The position numbers were made by a program, and so were the translations under genes. A DNA stretch of 63,693 nucleotides, filler included. It is 4 parts of 4 records of this genome, joined end to end, with 100 filler letters (N's around TTAATTAATTAA, not from the genome) between each part and the next. Parts side by side here need not be neighbours in the genome. Positions count along the whole stretch, not along the records: positions 14,051 to 27,652 come from DRR723986_12877; 3 more parts are not named here. One strand, 5' to 3'. Below, in pieces: positions 19,398 through 27,752 of this stretch. The notes below the pieces were generated by a model. The model had not been told where the DNA came from. It saw only the letters and a list, made by a program, of their open reading frames with translations, and did no database searches. Position 1 is the stretch's first letter. The number at the start of each line of letters is the position of its first letter.

Positions 19398-20546
19398 ATG
19401 TCAAACACAGACGATGCAATCGTAAAAATCCGCGGATTAAAACACAGTTACAAAGACGCCTCTGTGATGAAGCAAGTATTGCACGGGATCGATATAGACG
19501 TGCGACCAGGCCAAAATGTGTTTCTTACCGGCTATTCAGGATCGGGAAAAACGACCCTGATTTCATTGGTTGGCTGCCTTCGTTCAGTCCAAGAAGGCAG
19601 CCTGAAACTGTTTGGTGACGAGCTCCACAAAGCCAACTCGCGCAAACTGTTGGAGATGCGCAAACGTGTTGGCTATGTGTTTCAACATTTCAATCTTCTC
19701 GACTTCATGTCGATCCGACAGAACGTTCAGCAAAGCCTTGAAATTCAATCGGATTACAATCCCAAAACAGCCCGCGCACAGTCAGAAGAAATGCTAGAGG
19801 CCGTGGGTCTGGGGGATCGCGTCAATGACTTTCCCGCGGATCTGTCAGGCGGGCAAAAGCAGCGTGTTGCCATTGCCCGCGCCTTGGTCCACCGCCCAAA
19901 ATTACTGATCGCAGATGAGCCTACGGCCGCTTTGGATACATCCACGGGCCGTGACATTATTGACCTCGTTCAACGTCTATCCAAAGCCCAGAACAGTGCG
20001 GCCATCATTGTGACGCACAACATGCGTATTCTCGATAGTGCAGACGAAATTTTGCATATGATTGATGGCCGCATTGGCACCGCGATCACCGAACAAATCT
20101 CTCTTGTGTTGCCAAATCTCGACGACCGCCACCTTGCCGAGATCGCATCCAAAGCGCTCTCACGCGAATTCCAGCCCGGTGAGCTGATCTTAAAACAAGG
20201 CGATCCCGCTGACGCGTTTTTTATTCTGGTCAAAGGGGCTGTGAACGTGTTTCGTCACGAACCCAATGGCACCCGGAGTGAACTGGCCCATTTCCACAAA
20301 CGCGGCACGTACTTTGGTGAAATGGGTTTGTTGACAGAGAATGGCCGTCGAAACGCATCAATCGAGGTGCGTGGGGATCAGCCGGCGCGCGTCTTAGAGA
20401 TCAAAGGCGCTGACTTCTCGGAAATGATTGGTCGGTCTCGTGCGACGCGGGCTGTGATCACCGATGAAATGTGGTCCCGATTCAATGTGGACACACAGGC
20501 CGAGCAACCACCCCTCTCACCGCAATCAGGGGTGAATGACGACTGA
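19398..20546 (+). CDS. devA: DevA-family ABC ATPase fused to a C-terminal cyclic-nucleotide-binding domain
   Basis: GYSGSGKTT, LRSVQEGSL, LSGGQKQRVAIARALV and DEPTAALD, followed by PGELILKQGDPADAFFILVKGAV...YFGEMGLL...RRNASI (cNMP fold). Confidence 0.87.
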   Translation: MSNTDDAIVKIRGLKHSYKDASVMKQVLHGIDIDVRPGQNVFLTGYSGSGKTTLISLVGCLRSVQEGSLKLFGDELHKANSRKLLEMRKRVGYVFQHFNLLDFMSIRQNVQQSLEIQSDYNPKTARAQSEEMLEAVGLGDRVNDFPADLSGGQKQRVAIARALVHRPKLLIADEPTAALDTSTGRDIIDLVQRLSKAQNSAAIIVTHNMRILDSADEILHMIDGRIGTAITEQISLVLPNLDDRHLAEIASKALSREFQPGELILKQGDPADAFFILVKGAVNVFRHEPNGTRSELAHFHKRGTYFGEMGLLTENGRRNASIEVRGDQPARVLEIKGADFSEMIGRSRATRAVITDEMWSRFNVDTQAEQPPLSPQSGVNDD

Positions 20547-21542
20547 GACCTGTAAATTAGTCAGACCAGCCACATGATGACTATCCTCATCATTCAAAAG
20601 TATTTTAACTTCTACGACGCGCGCATCTACGTCTGCGGTGGGGTTGTTTGACAACAGTTCATTGCGCGACACCGTCAGGCCAATTTTCTTCACAACACCC
20701 TGAATTTTTTGATCAATCCCGTCCGCAACCACAGAAACGCTTTGCCCGGGTTTAACCTTCAAAATATCACTTTCATAGATTTCGGCTGACACCCACATAC
20801 GGTCAACGAAGCCCATATCGACAAGTCCAGAAGGACCAATCCGTTCGCCCGCTGTAGCGTGTATTTTCAGAATAGTTCCATCAGTCGGGGCGCGTACGAA
20901 TGTGCCCTCCAAAGCAATCCGCGCATGCCCTACATTTGCACGTGCGCTGATCAGCTCCGCTTCGGCAATCAGAATATCTTCGGGGCGAATGGTTGCTACG
21001 GCGGCGAGCGTTGCTTCTGCCTCATTCAGGCGCCCTTCGGTCACGTCCACACGGTTGCAGTTCTGTAAAAACACGGCCTCCGAAATAATCTTTCGTTCAT
21101 ACAGATTCTGCTGACGGATGCACTCTTTGACAACGTTTCCCAGCTCTTTCTTCAGCCTATCCACAACCGCTTCTTTGGCGTCCAGCTCACTTTGCATCGC
21201 ACCAGCTTGCACACGCGCCAGCTGGGCCTCTTGGACCTTAACCCTTGTTTCCGCTTGAATAAGGGCTGCCTGCATCAACGCATTGTCCCCCAACACGGCA
21301 ATCAGATCCGCGCGTTTGACGGTATCCCCTTCGGTCACCTTCAAGTCGTACACGATGCTATTGCTGATGGATGGTCCCCCGGCAACAGTTGTCACGCCAC
21401 CTTCGGGTTCAACATACCCAAGACCCGCCACCAAGGACGGAGATGCGCTGTTTTGAGCAAAGCCACTACTTGCCATCCCCATTCCCAAGGCAGCACACAT
21501 CAACAAGGGTTTCATAGCCATCCGTTTACCTTCTTCCATCAC
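20526..21542 (-). CDS. devB: HlyD/DevB-family membrane fusion protein
   Basis: GLGYVEPEG, lipoyl-like VTEGDTVK, coiled coil, VRAPTDGTILKIH, AEIYESDI, DARVVEVKI and LTNLQV. Confidence 0.85.
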   Translation of the reverse strand: MMEEGKRMAMKPLLMCAALGMGMASSGFAQNSASPSLVAGLGYVEPEGGVTTVAGGPSISNSIVYDLKVTEGDTVKRADLIAVLGDNALMQAALIQAETRVKVQEAQLARVQAGAMQSELDAKEAVVDRLKKELGNVVKECIRQQNLYERKIISEAVFLQNCNRVDVTEGRLNEAEATLAAVATIRPEDILIAEAELISARANVGHARIALEGTFVRAPTDGTILKIHATAGERIGPSGLVDMGFVDRMWVSAEIYESDILKVKPGQSVSVVADGIDQKIQGVVKKIGLTVSRNELLSNNPTADVDARVVEVKILLNDEDSHHVAGLTNLQVSVVIHP

Positions 21543-21543
21543 T

Positions 21544-22683
21544 TTAGGTCTGAATATCTAAAGTCCGTTCGTACATACGATATGTCTTATAGTGACGCCC
21601 TGAGGCCCCACGGATCAATCCCAAAGATCGCGCATTGTCTTCCCAAACCCAAGACAGTTCAGCTCGTTGGTATGGGTGCCCCCCCGATGCCCCGCCATCC
21701 ATTCCAAGATAAACAAGAGCAGGACCCAAAGCGAAACGCGGTTTCTGGAACTCAGGCAGGATCGCAACCGCCAACACGCGCGCCGTATCCAGGCTGCGTC
21801 GTTTCCATAAGAGATGGGCAAACACAAGCGGCGCTGGCCATCCTCGCGAGGCCCGCAATGCTTGATTAATATCCGGCAAGCCAAGCCAAAACCCAACCAC
21901 AGTTCCGTTGAATTCAGCGACGGGAAACAGCTTGGGATCAATTATGTGCCGCATTTGCGCTGCTTCATCCACGAATTCGGCGACATCGCGTTCGGTGGCG
22001 CTCCAATTGTCTTCAAAACTGGTCGCAAATATACCATGTATCGCGCGCAGATCGCTGCGCATCGCCTCACCTTTGGTGTGCACGGGTCGAAAGGTAATTC
22101 CTGCCCGTTGCGCCAACCGATACGCCCGTTCAAAGGCGGGTGCCAAAGGCTCCATTGTAAAGTCGAAAGCAAAGGCATCTCGAACCCCGTGCCAACCGGC
22201 GCGCTCAATCAAAGAGGGGTAATAGCGGGGATTATAGGGCATACGAATATAGGCAGGGTCATCAAAACCATCCACCAACGTAAGCCCACCGATGTGCGTA
22301 GACAGATCAATCGGGCCACGCCCCAACACACACCCCTGTTCTTTTAACCAGCGCGTTGCCGCTCTGAACAAAGCATCCGATACATCGTTGTCGTTAATGG
22401 TCTCGAAATATCCAAAGCTACCAACTTGCTTGCCTTCTTTGGCACAGAGGCGTGAATTGACCGAGGCGACGATCCGCCCCAATAGTTCCCCCGTGTCAGT
22501 CTCAGCAATGAACGCCTGAAACCGGCCATATTGCAGAAACTTTGACTGCGGTCCCAACTGGCCTTTGATGGCACGTGGCATGTCCGGAACCCAATTCGGG
22601 TCATCGCGATAAATAACATCAGGAACACGTTCGAACCGCCTCAAATCGCTTGAATTTTCAACTTTTCGAACGTGAATGTTCAT
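21544..22683 (-). CDS. GNAT-fold acyltransferase, YghO / bacterial ceramide synthase (bCerS)-like
   Basis: IYRDDPNWVP, GRIVA, GSFGYFE, GPIDLS, MPYNPRYY, LPDINQ, AELSWVWEDN and KTYRMYE. ATG 22683 overlaps the stop of the upstream PLP enzyme. Confidence 0.75.
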   Translation of the reverse strand: MNIHVRKVENSSDLRRFERVPDVIYRDDPNWVPDMPRAIKGQLGPQSKFLQYGRFQAFIAETDTGELLGRIVASVNSRLCAKEGKQVGSFGYFETINDNDVSDALFRAATRWLKEQGCVLGRGPIDLSTHIGGLTLVDGFDDPAYIRMPYNPRYYPSLIERAGWHGVRDAFAFDFTMEPLAPAFERAYRLAQRAGITFRPVHTKGEAMRSDLRAIHGIFATSFEDNWSATERDVAEFVDEAAQMRHIIDPKLFPVAEFNGTVVGFWLGLPDINQALRASRGWPAPLVFAHLLWKRRSLDTARVLAVAILPEFQKPRFALGPALVYLGMDGGASGGHPYQRAELSWVWEDNARSLGLIRGASGRHYKTYRMYERTLDIQT

Positions 22684-23969
22684 CCGGCGTTTGCCGCTGC
22701 TGATTGCGGATATAGATCTGAACGCATCTGATCTAAGGAACCAACAAGTTTGTTGATTTCGGCCTGAGTATGTTGAGCTGTGATAACAGCGCGCAATCTT
22801 GGTCGGGCAATGTACCAAACCGGCGACACCCAAACGCCATGCTCTTCGATCAAATATCGCGACACATGTTTGGGCGACACATCAGTCGGCAAAATCATCG
22901 GCAGGACATTGGTAGTGCCCAGAACCTCAAACCCGGCTTGCATCAAGCATTCGCGCGCATACGACGCATTCTGTTGCAGCCGTGTGACCAATTCAGGACG
23001 CGCACGAAGCTGTCGAATAGCTTCGGCAGCCGAGGCCGCAGCAGAAGGCGGCAACGAAATTGTCCCAATCGAAGTTGGACACGCATTCAACAATCGCTCT
23101 AAGCCTTTGGAATACGAACTGATCGCCGCCCCAGCAGAGCCTGCGAATTTTGAAAACGTCGTCAGGACCACGGGATTGACCCCTTTGTCCATAATCATCT
23201 CTGGCTTCATTCCATGATAGTCGAATATCCCGCCCCCATGGGCCCCAATGGCACCCGAAGCGTGCGCCTCGTCCAACACCAGGGTCGAACCCGGATAGTC
23301 CGCCAAGACATCAACGAGTTCAGGCAGCGGAACAATGGTCCCATCCATAGAAAAGACAGAGTCGGTGAGTAACAAAACCCTATCTCCTGGGCGGGCCAAG
23401 CGTTTCAATTTCTTTCTCAGATGAACCGTGTCGCAATGCTTGTAGCTTTGCACACGAACCTCAGGGCTATTGGTGAGCATCTTCCCCGACCGAGACCCTG
23501 CATTCACCACCGCAGTGGTAATACAACCGTGGTTCAAAAGATCACTCATCACCAGAACAGATCGCGTGTTGCTAAATCCCGGCACCGGGATCGCGAGATG
23601 GCAGAACCCATCCATAAAAGCCTGCAATGCCATCCAAGCATTCAAAAATAGATGGGTATGAGGAACCCCTTTGAGAATTTCAATCTCGCGCTCTAGGTCC
23701 TCATGTGGCGTACTGCGTCCACACAACGCCATGCACCCACTGTTAGAGGTTCCAAAATCCTCGATCGCTTGTATCGCGGCGTCTTTTACGGACCTGTCTT
23801 GGGAAAACCCCAAAATATCATTGTGGCAGAAATTCAGGACCTGATGCACCCTGCCCGTTCTCTTGCACTCCATGACAACCGTGTTGCCTTGTTTTTCTCG
23901 TACAACAAATTCGTCCGGATCAAGGTCGGCAGCGACAACGCTGCGGAGATAATCATCAACTACTTGCAT
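22680..23969 (-). CDS. PLP-dependent alpha-oxoamine synthase (serine palmitoyltransferase/BioF/CqsA family)
   Basis: NFCHNDILG, NHGCI, YKHCD, DSVFSMDG, DEAHASG and TFSK (PLP lysine). Confidence 0.88.
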   Translation of the reverse strand: MQVVDDYLRSVVAADLDPDEFVVREKQGNTVVMECKRTGRVHQVLNFCHNDILGFSQDRSVKDAAIQAIEDFGTSNSGCMALCGRSTPHEDLEREIEILKGVPHTHLFLNAWMALQAFMDGFCHLAIPVPGFSNTRSVLVMSDLLNHGCITTAVVNAGSRSGKMLTNSPEVRVQSYKHCDTVHLRKKLKRLARPGDRVLLLTDSVFSMDGTIVPLPELVDVLADYPGSTLVLDEAHASGAIGAHGGGIFDYHGMKPEMIMDKGVNPVVLTTFSKFAGSAGAAISSYSKGLERLLNACPTSIGTISLPPSAAASAAEAIRQLRARPELVTRLQQNASYARECLMQAGFEVLGTTNVLPMILPTDVSPKHVSRYLIEEHGVWVSPVWYIARPRLRAVITAQHTQAEINKLVGSLDQMRSDLYPQSAAANAG

Positions 23970-24047
23970 AGAAAACTCAAATTATTCAGGGACAAGCCAA
24001 TCCTTTAAAGCCTACAATCGAACTTAGATTTAAACAAGGATGTGCAC

Positions 24048-25034
24048 ATGCCCGAGCAAAAGACGGCTTTTGTGACAGGTGCAAACGGCTATGTTGGGTC
24101 GCACGTCGTCCGCCACCTCCTTGCGCAGGGCTATACCGTGACTGCCATGGTCAGAGCGAATTCTAACCTGGATCTGCTCGCGGACTCAGATGTGACACGC
24201 GTTGAATTTGATCTGGCTTTACCAAATCAAGCCAAACGCCTAACCGATGTATTATCCGGGATCGATCTAATCATACATACAGCGGCCTATGTGGATCTTG
24301 GCACAGTTGACCGCGCTTTGATGAAACGTGTCAATCTGGACGGGACCCACACCCTGTTAGAGGCGGCTCGCTCGGCGGGCGTTCCTCAATTTATCTATTG
24401 CTCCACAGTGCGCACGTTAGGCGACACAGCTGGGGCGCAGGTCGATGGGGACCACGTGCGCACCGACATGGGCTATGCCTCTTGCTATGATGAAACCAAG
24501 ACCCAGGCCGAGGCATTGGTCTTGGGCAGCAACCAACCTGGGTTTGCCACCTATTCGGTTCTGCCCCCTGGGATTTTTGGGCGCAACGAGCCCCATTTCG
24601 GCAAAGCTTTGCGCGCCTACTTAAACGGACATCTCCCGTTCTGGCCTGCACAGGATCGCCCCTTGGGTATGGTCCACGTCGAGGATTTGGCCGAACTGTT
24701 CCTTTTGGTGGCACAAAATGGCACCCCCGGAACGCGTTACATTGCATCTGCTGGCGAAGTCACCATGGGTGAGATATTTACAATGCTCGGGGAAATGACC
24801 CGGCGACGCCCCCCACCCGATATGCCTGAAAGTTTGGTGCGGGCTGCTGCTGTGGTCATGGATTGGATTGGATCATGGACTGGGCGAAATATGGTTCTGA
24901 ATAAAGAACGCATTGTGTTTCTATATGACAAGGTCGTTAGGACCGACCCATCCCGAAGCTATTCAGAGCTGGGTTGGGCCCCGCGTAAACCGCGTGAAAT
25001 TCTGGCCTCGATCCTTCCGGAAACGGAATATTAG
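24048..25034 (+). CDS. NAD-dependent epimerase/dehydratase (extended SDR; HpnA/DFR/CerR-like)
   Basis: TGANGYVG Rossmann motif, HTAA, VNLDGT, CST and YDETK (YxxxK). Confidence 0.88.
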   Translation: MPEQKTAFVTGANGYVGSHVVRHLLAQGYTVTAMVRANSNLDLLADSDVTRVEFDLALPNQAKRLTDVLSGIDLIIHTAAYVDLGTVDRALMKRVNLDGTHTLLEAARSAGVPQFIYCSTVRTLGDTAGAQVDGDHVRTDMGYASCYDETKTQAEALVLGSNQPGFATYSVLPPGIFGRNEPHFGKALRAYLNGHLPFWPAQDRPLGMVHVEDLAELFLLVAQNGTPGTRYIASAGEVTMGEIFTMLGEMTRRRPPPDMPESLVRAAAVVMDWIGSWTGRNMVLNKERIVFLYDKVVRTDPSRSYSELGWAPRKPREILASILPETEY

Positions 25035-25108
25035 GCACAATAGCACTTTTCTGTTACGTATTTTCTACGAGGCCCAGTGATCCGCAAAGATTTTCAAGGT
25101 GGCACGAT

Positions 25109-26713
25109 ATGAATGTACTATTGATCAATCCAAATTTTCCCACGTCTTTTTGGTCTTTCGAAGGGGCATTGAAGCTATTGGGTCGACAAGCGCTGTTGCC
25201 GCCATTGGGGTTGCTGACAGTTGCAGCACTCCTGCCGCAGGACTGGGAGTTTCGACTGGTTGATCGAGATTTTCAAACCTTGGAAGACACCGATTGGGAC
25301 TGGGCTGACCTTGTAATCATCTCAGGCATGATCGTGCAACGTGCTGACATGCTTGGCTTAATTCGCGAGTCAAAGCGGCGTGGCAAACCTGTTGCGGTGG
25401 GTGGGCCCTACGCCATGTCTCTACCCGATGAGGTGTTGGACGCAGGCGCTGATTTCGCCGTCTTGGACGAAGGGGAACTCACCATACCGATGTTCGTCGA
25501 AGCACTGCAAAATGGAGCAACGTCCGGAACCTTTACCGCCAAAGGGGAAAAGGCGGACATGCACACCAGTCCCAAGCCGCGCTTTGATCTGATCAACATC
25601 CACGACTACAATTCCCTTTCAATTCAATTCTCGCGCGGGTGCCCATTCTTATGTGAGTTTTGCGATATCATCACCTTGTTTGGGCGGCGACCGCGCACCA
25701 AAACCCCGGCCCAAATTCGCGAAGAGCTGGATCAGCTCTATGACATGGGGTGGCGTGGCGGCATCTTTATGGTGGATGACAATTTCATCGGCAATCGTCT
25801 AACTGTTAAACCTATGTTGGACGAAGTGATCGCTTGGCAAATTGAACATGAATTCCCGTTTACATTCACGACAGAGGCATCTGTGGACCTTGCCGAAGAT
25901 CCCGGTCTCATGTCGATGATGCGCAAAGCAAATTTCACCACCGTATTTGTTGGCATTGAAACGCCTGATGCGGACAGTCTTATCCATATTAAGAAAAAGC
26001 AAAATGTGCGTGGATCGCTGGTTGATCGGGTGAAAGCGATAAATCAATCCGGCCTGAAAATCATCGGCGGGTTCATTATTGGGTTTGACGGCGAGAAACC
26101 CGGCGCGGACAAGCGCATTCTCGAATTTGTCGAAGATGCTCAGATCCCTATGGTGATCGTCAGCTTGCTACAGGCTCTGCCCAAAACAGCCCTAACAGAT
26201 CGCTTACGTGCCGAAGGGCGATTGCTGGAAACAGAACGCGACGCGGATTTGAACTCCAATCGTTTGACGAATTTCGTCCCAACCCGCCCCCTTACCGAAT
26301 TGGCGCAAGAACATACTGCTATCTATGAAACCCTTTATGAACCAAGGAACTACATGGAGCGTGCCTATCGTCACGCCATGGCAACAAAGGATGGTGTCTG
26401 GCCAACAAAAGGTATCCCACCAAGTTCGTTCCCGTTGAATTTCAAGCAAGTGATGACGATGCTCAAAGTGCTCTCGCTACATGGCTTGATACGTTCGTCT
26501 CGTGGCTTGTTCTGGCGCGCCACGATTGATCTTTATCGAAACAACAAATCTGGGCTCAAGGGGTTTTTCTCGATGCTGGCGATGTTCGAACATTTCTATG
26601 TGTTCCGAGACGACGTGCAGAAAGAAATCGAGGGTCAACTGGCACTGCTATCCGAAGAAGACCAGAACCGCATCTGGAGCCCCCCTGAAGCTAGTGAGGT
26701 CAAGGCAGGATAA
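25109..26713 (+). CDS. B12-binding radical SAM enzyme (class B methyltransferase, HpnP/DUF4070-like)
   Basis: FWSF, PPLGLLTVAA, SGMIVQ, GGPY, RGCPFLCEFCDI (CxxxCxxC), VDDNFIGN and GIETP. Confidence 0.9.
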   Translation: MNVLLINPNFPTSFWSFEGALKLLGRQALLPPLGLLTVAALLPQDWEFRLVDRDFQTLEDTDWDWADLVIISGMIVQRADMLGLIRESKRRGKPVAVGGPYAMSLPDEVLDAGADFAVLDEGELTIPMFVEALQNGATSGTFTAKGEKADMHTSPKPRFDLINIHDYNSLSIQFSRGCPFLCEFCDIITLFGRRPRTKTPAQIREELDQLYDMGWRGGIFMVDDNFIGNRLTVKPMLDEVIAWQIEHEFPFTFTTEASVDLAEDPGLMSMMRKANFTTVFVGIETPDADSLIHIKKKQNVRGSLVDRVKAINQSGLKIIGGFIIGFDGEKPGADKRILEFVEDAQIPMVIVSLLQALPKTALTDRLRAEGRLLETERDADLNSNRLTNFVPTRPLTELAQEHTAIYETLYEPRNYMERAYRHAMATKDGVWPTKGIPPSSFPLNFKQVMTMLKVLSLHGLIRSSRGLFWRATIDLYRNNKSGLKGFFSMLAMFEHFYVFRDDVQKEIEGQLALLSEEDQNRIWSPPEASEVKAG

Positions 26714-26771
26714 CGGCTGGTAAAGTAATGAAAGCGAATGCCGCGTTGAAAGCCAAAGACCCAAGCGCACG

Positions 26772-27503
26772 ATGGATCCAGATCAGTTGATTGTGCGTCG
26801 CTCGCGCATGCTTCTGGCGCTCCTAACGATCGCGATGCTTACCCATAGCCTACCTGTTCTAGCAGAAACGCGCCTGTTCGATGTTCAGATGCTGGGCCGA
26901 ACATTGGGACAGATCACCTATAGGCAAACGAACAGAAATAACGGCACCCACAGCGCCTTAGCCGCGCATCTTAACAATACGCCTCTCGGGGTTTTTGATG
27001 GTGTTTTCAAAGGTGTACGACACCCTTCTATCGGCCCTGACGGCGGACCGGCCAACGAATACCGTGTCAAAAACGTTTCTCCCAAACGAACACGCGTGGT
27101 GTCGGTCCTTTTTCAAAATAAGCGTGTCGTGCAATCCAGCGTCACGCCCCCATACCAAAACGCGATGGTGCTCGACTTGGTAAACGCGCCCCTGTTTGCC
27201 ACCGATATGATTGATGCATTTGGCACCGTCTCCGTCCAGACGCGCTGTCCAAGTACATTGAGCATTTATGACGGCAGACGCCTCATCCGTGTTTCACCTA
27301 AGAACTCACAGCTGCAAGACAATAAACTGACCTGTGTGATGACCTATAAGGTCATCAAGGGGCCCGGCCACTTGCACCCCTTTGATTTTCGATCGGTTGG
27401 GGTTTCATTGACTTATGAGACAGATTTGACCGGTCAAATCGCGCTGAAGCAGATCAACTTAAAAGCTGGTGTTTTCAAGATTTCACTCATCCAAAAGAAC
27501 TAA
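26772..27503 (+). CDS. Exported beta-rich protein, DUF3108-like
   Basis: Signal peptide (…LPVLA|ET) and C...IYDGRR...C motif. Confidence 0.6.
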   Translation: MDPDQLIVRRSRMLLALLTIAMLTHSLPVLAETRLFDVQMLGRTLGQITYRQTNRNNGTHSALAAHLNNTPLGVFDGVFKGVRHPSIGPDGGPANEYRVKNVSPKRTRVVSVLFQNKRVVQSSVTPPYQNAMVLDLVNAPLFATDMIDAFGTVSVQTRCPSTLSIYDGRRLIRVSPKNSQLQDNKLTCVMTYKVIKGPGHLHPFDFRSVGVSLTYETDLTGQIALKQINLKAGVFKISLIQKN

Positions 27504-27545
27504 AGTAAGCGCCAGATAGCTAAGTTAAATAAATCGAGTAAAATG

Positions 27546-27584
27546 AAACAAGGCTCGATGCGTTTCCACATCGAACCTTGTTTT
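27546..27584. terminator. Bidirectional terminator hairpin between the DUF3108 gene and the tRNA
   Basis: AAACAAGGCTCGATG-N8-CATCGAACCTTGTTTT with one mismatch (a G-U pair on the minus strand). Confidence 0.7.
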
Positions 27585-27622
27585 CGAAGCCTAACTATCT
27601 GACGTTAAACGCCAAAATAGAT

Positions 27623-27652
27623 TGGTACCCAAGGCCGGACTCGAACCGGCAC
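27623..27652 (-). tRNA. tRNA 3' fragment with CCA, probably tRNA-Leu
   Basis: Reverse complement GTGCCGGTTCGAGTCCGGCCTTGGGTACCA is a T-arm plus acceptor and CCA. The anticodon is not visible. Confidence 0.72.
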
Positions 27653-27752
27653 NNNNNNNNNNNNNNNNNNNNNNNNNNNNNNNNNNNNNNNNNNNNTTAA
27701 TTAATTAANNNNNNNNNNNNNNNNNNNNNNNNNNNNNNNNNNNNNNNNNNNN
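27653..27752. other. Artificial contig spacer
   Basis: N44-TTAATTAATTAA-N44. Confidence 0.97.

Noticed and set aside
22684-22833. 50-aa N-terminal extension of the GNAT ORF
   Set aside because: Lies inside the AOS gene; the ATG at 22683 gives a typical ATGA coupling.
22680-23969. Calling the AOS gene bioF, or the SDR/radical SAM pair hpnA/hpnP
   Set aside because: No bio or hopanoid genes in the context and the sequences are divergent; gene symbols are withheld pending phylogeny.
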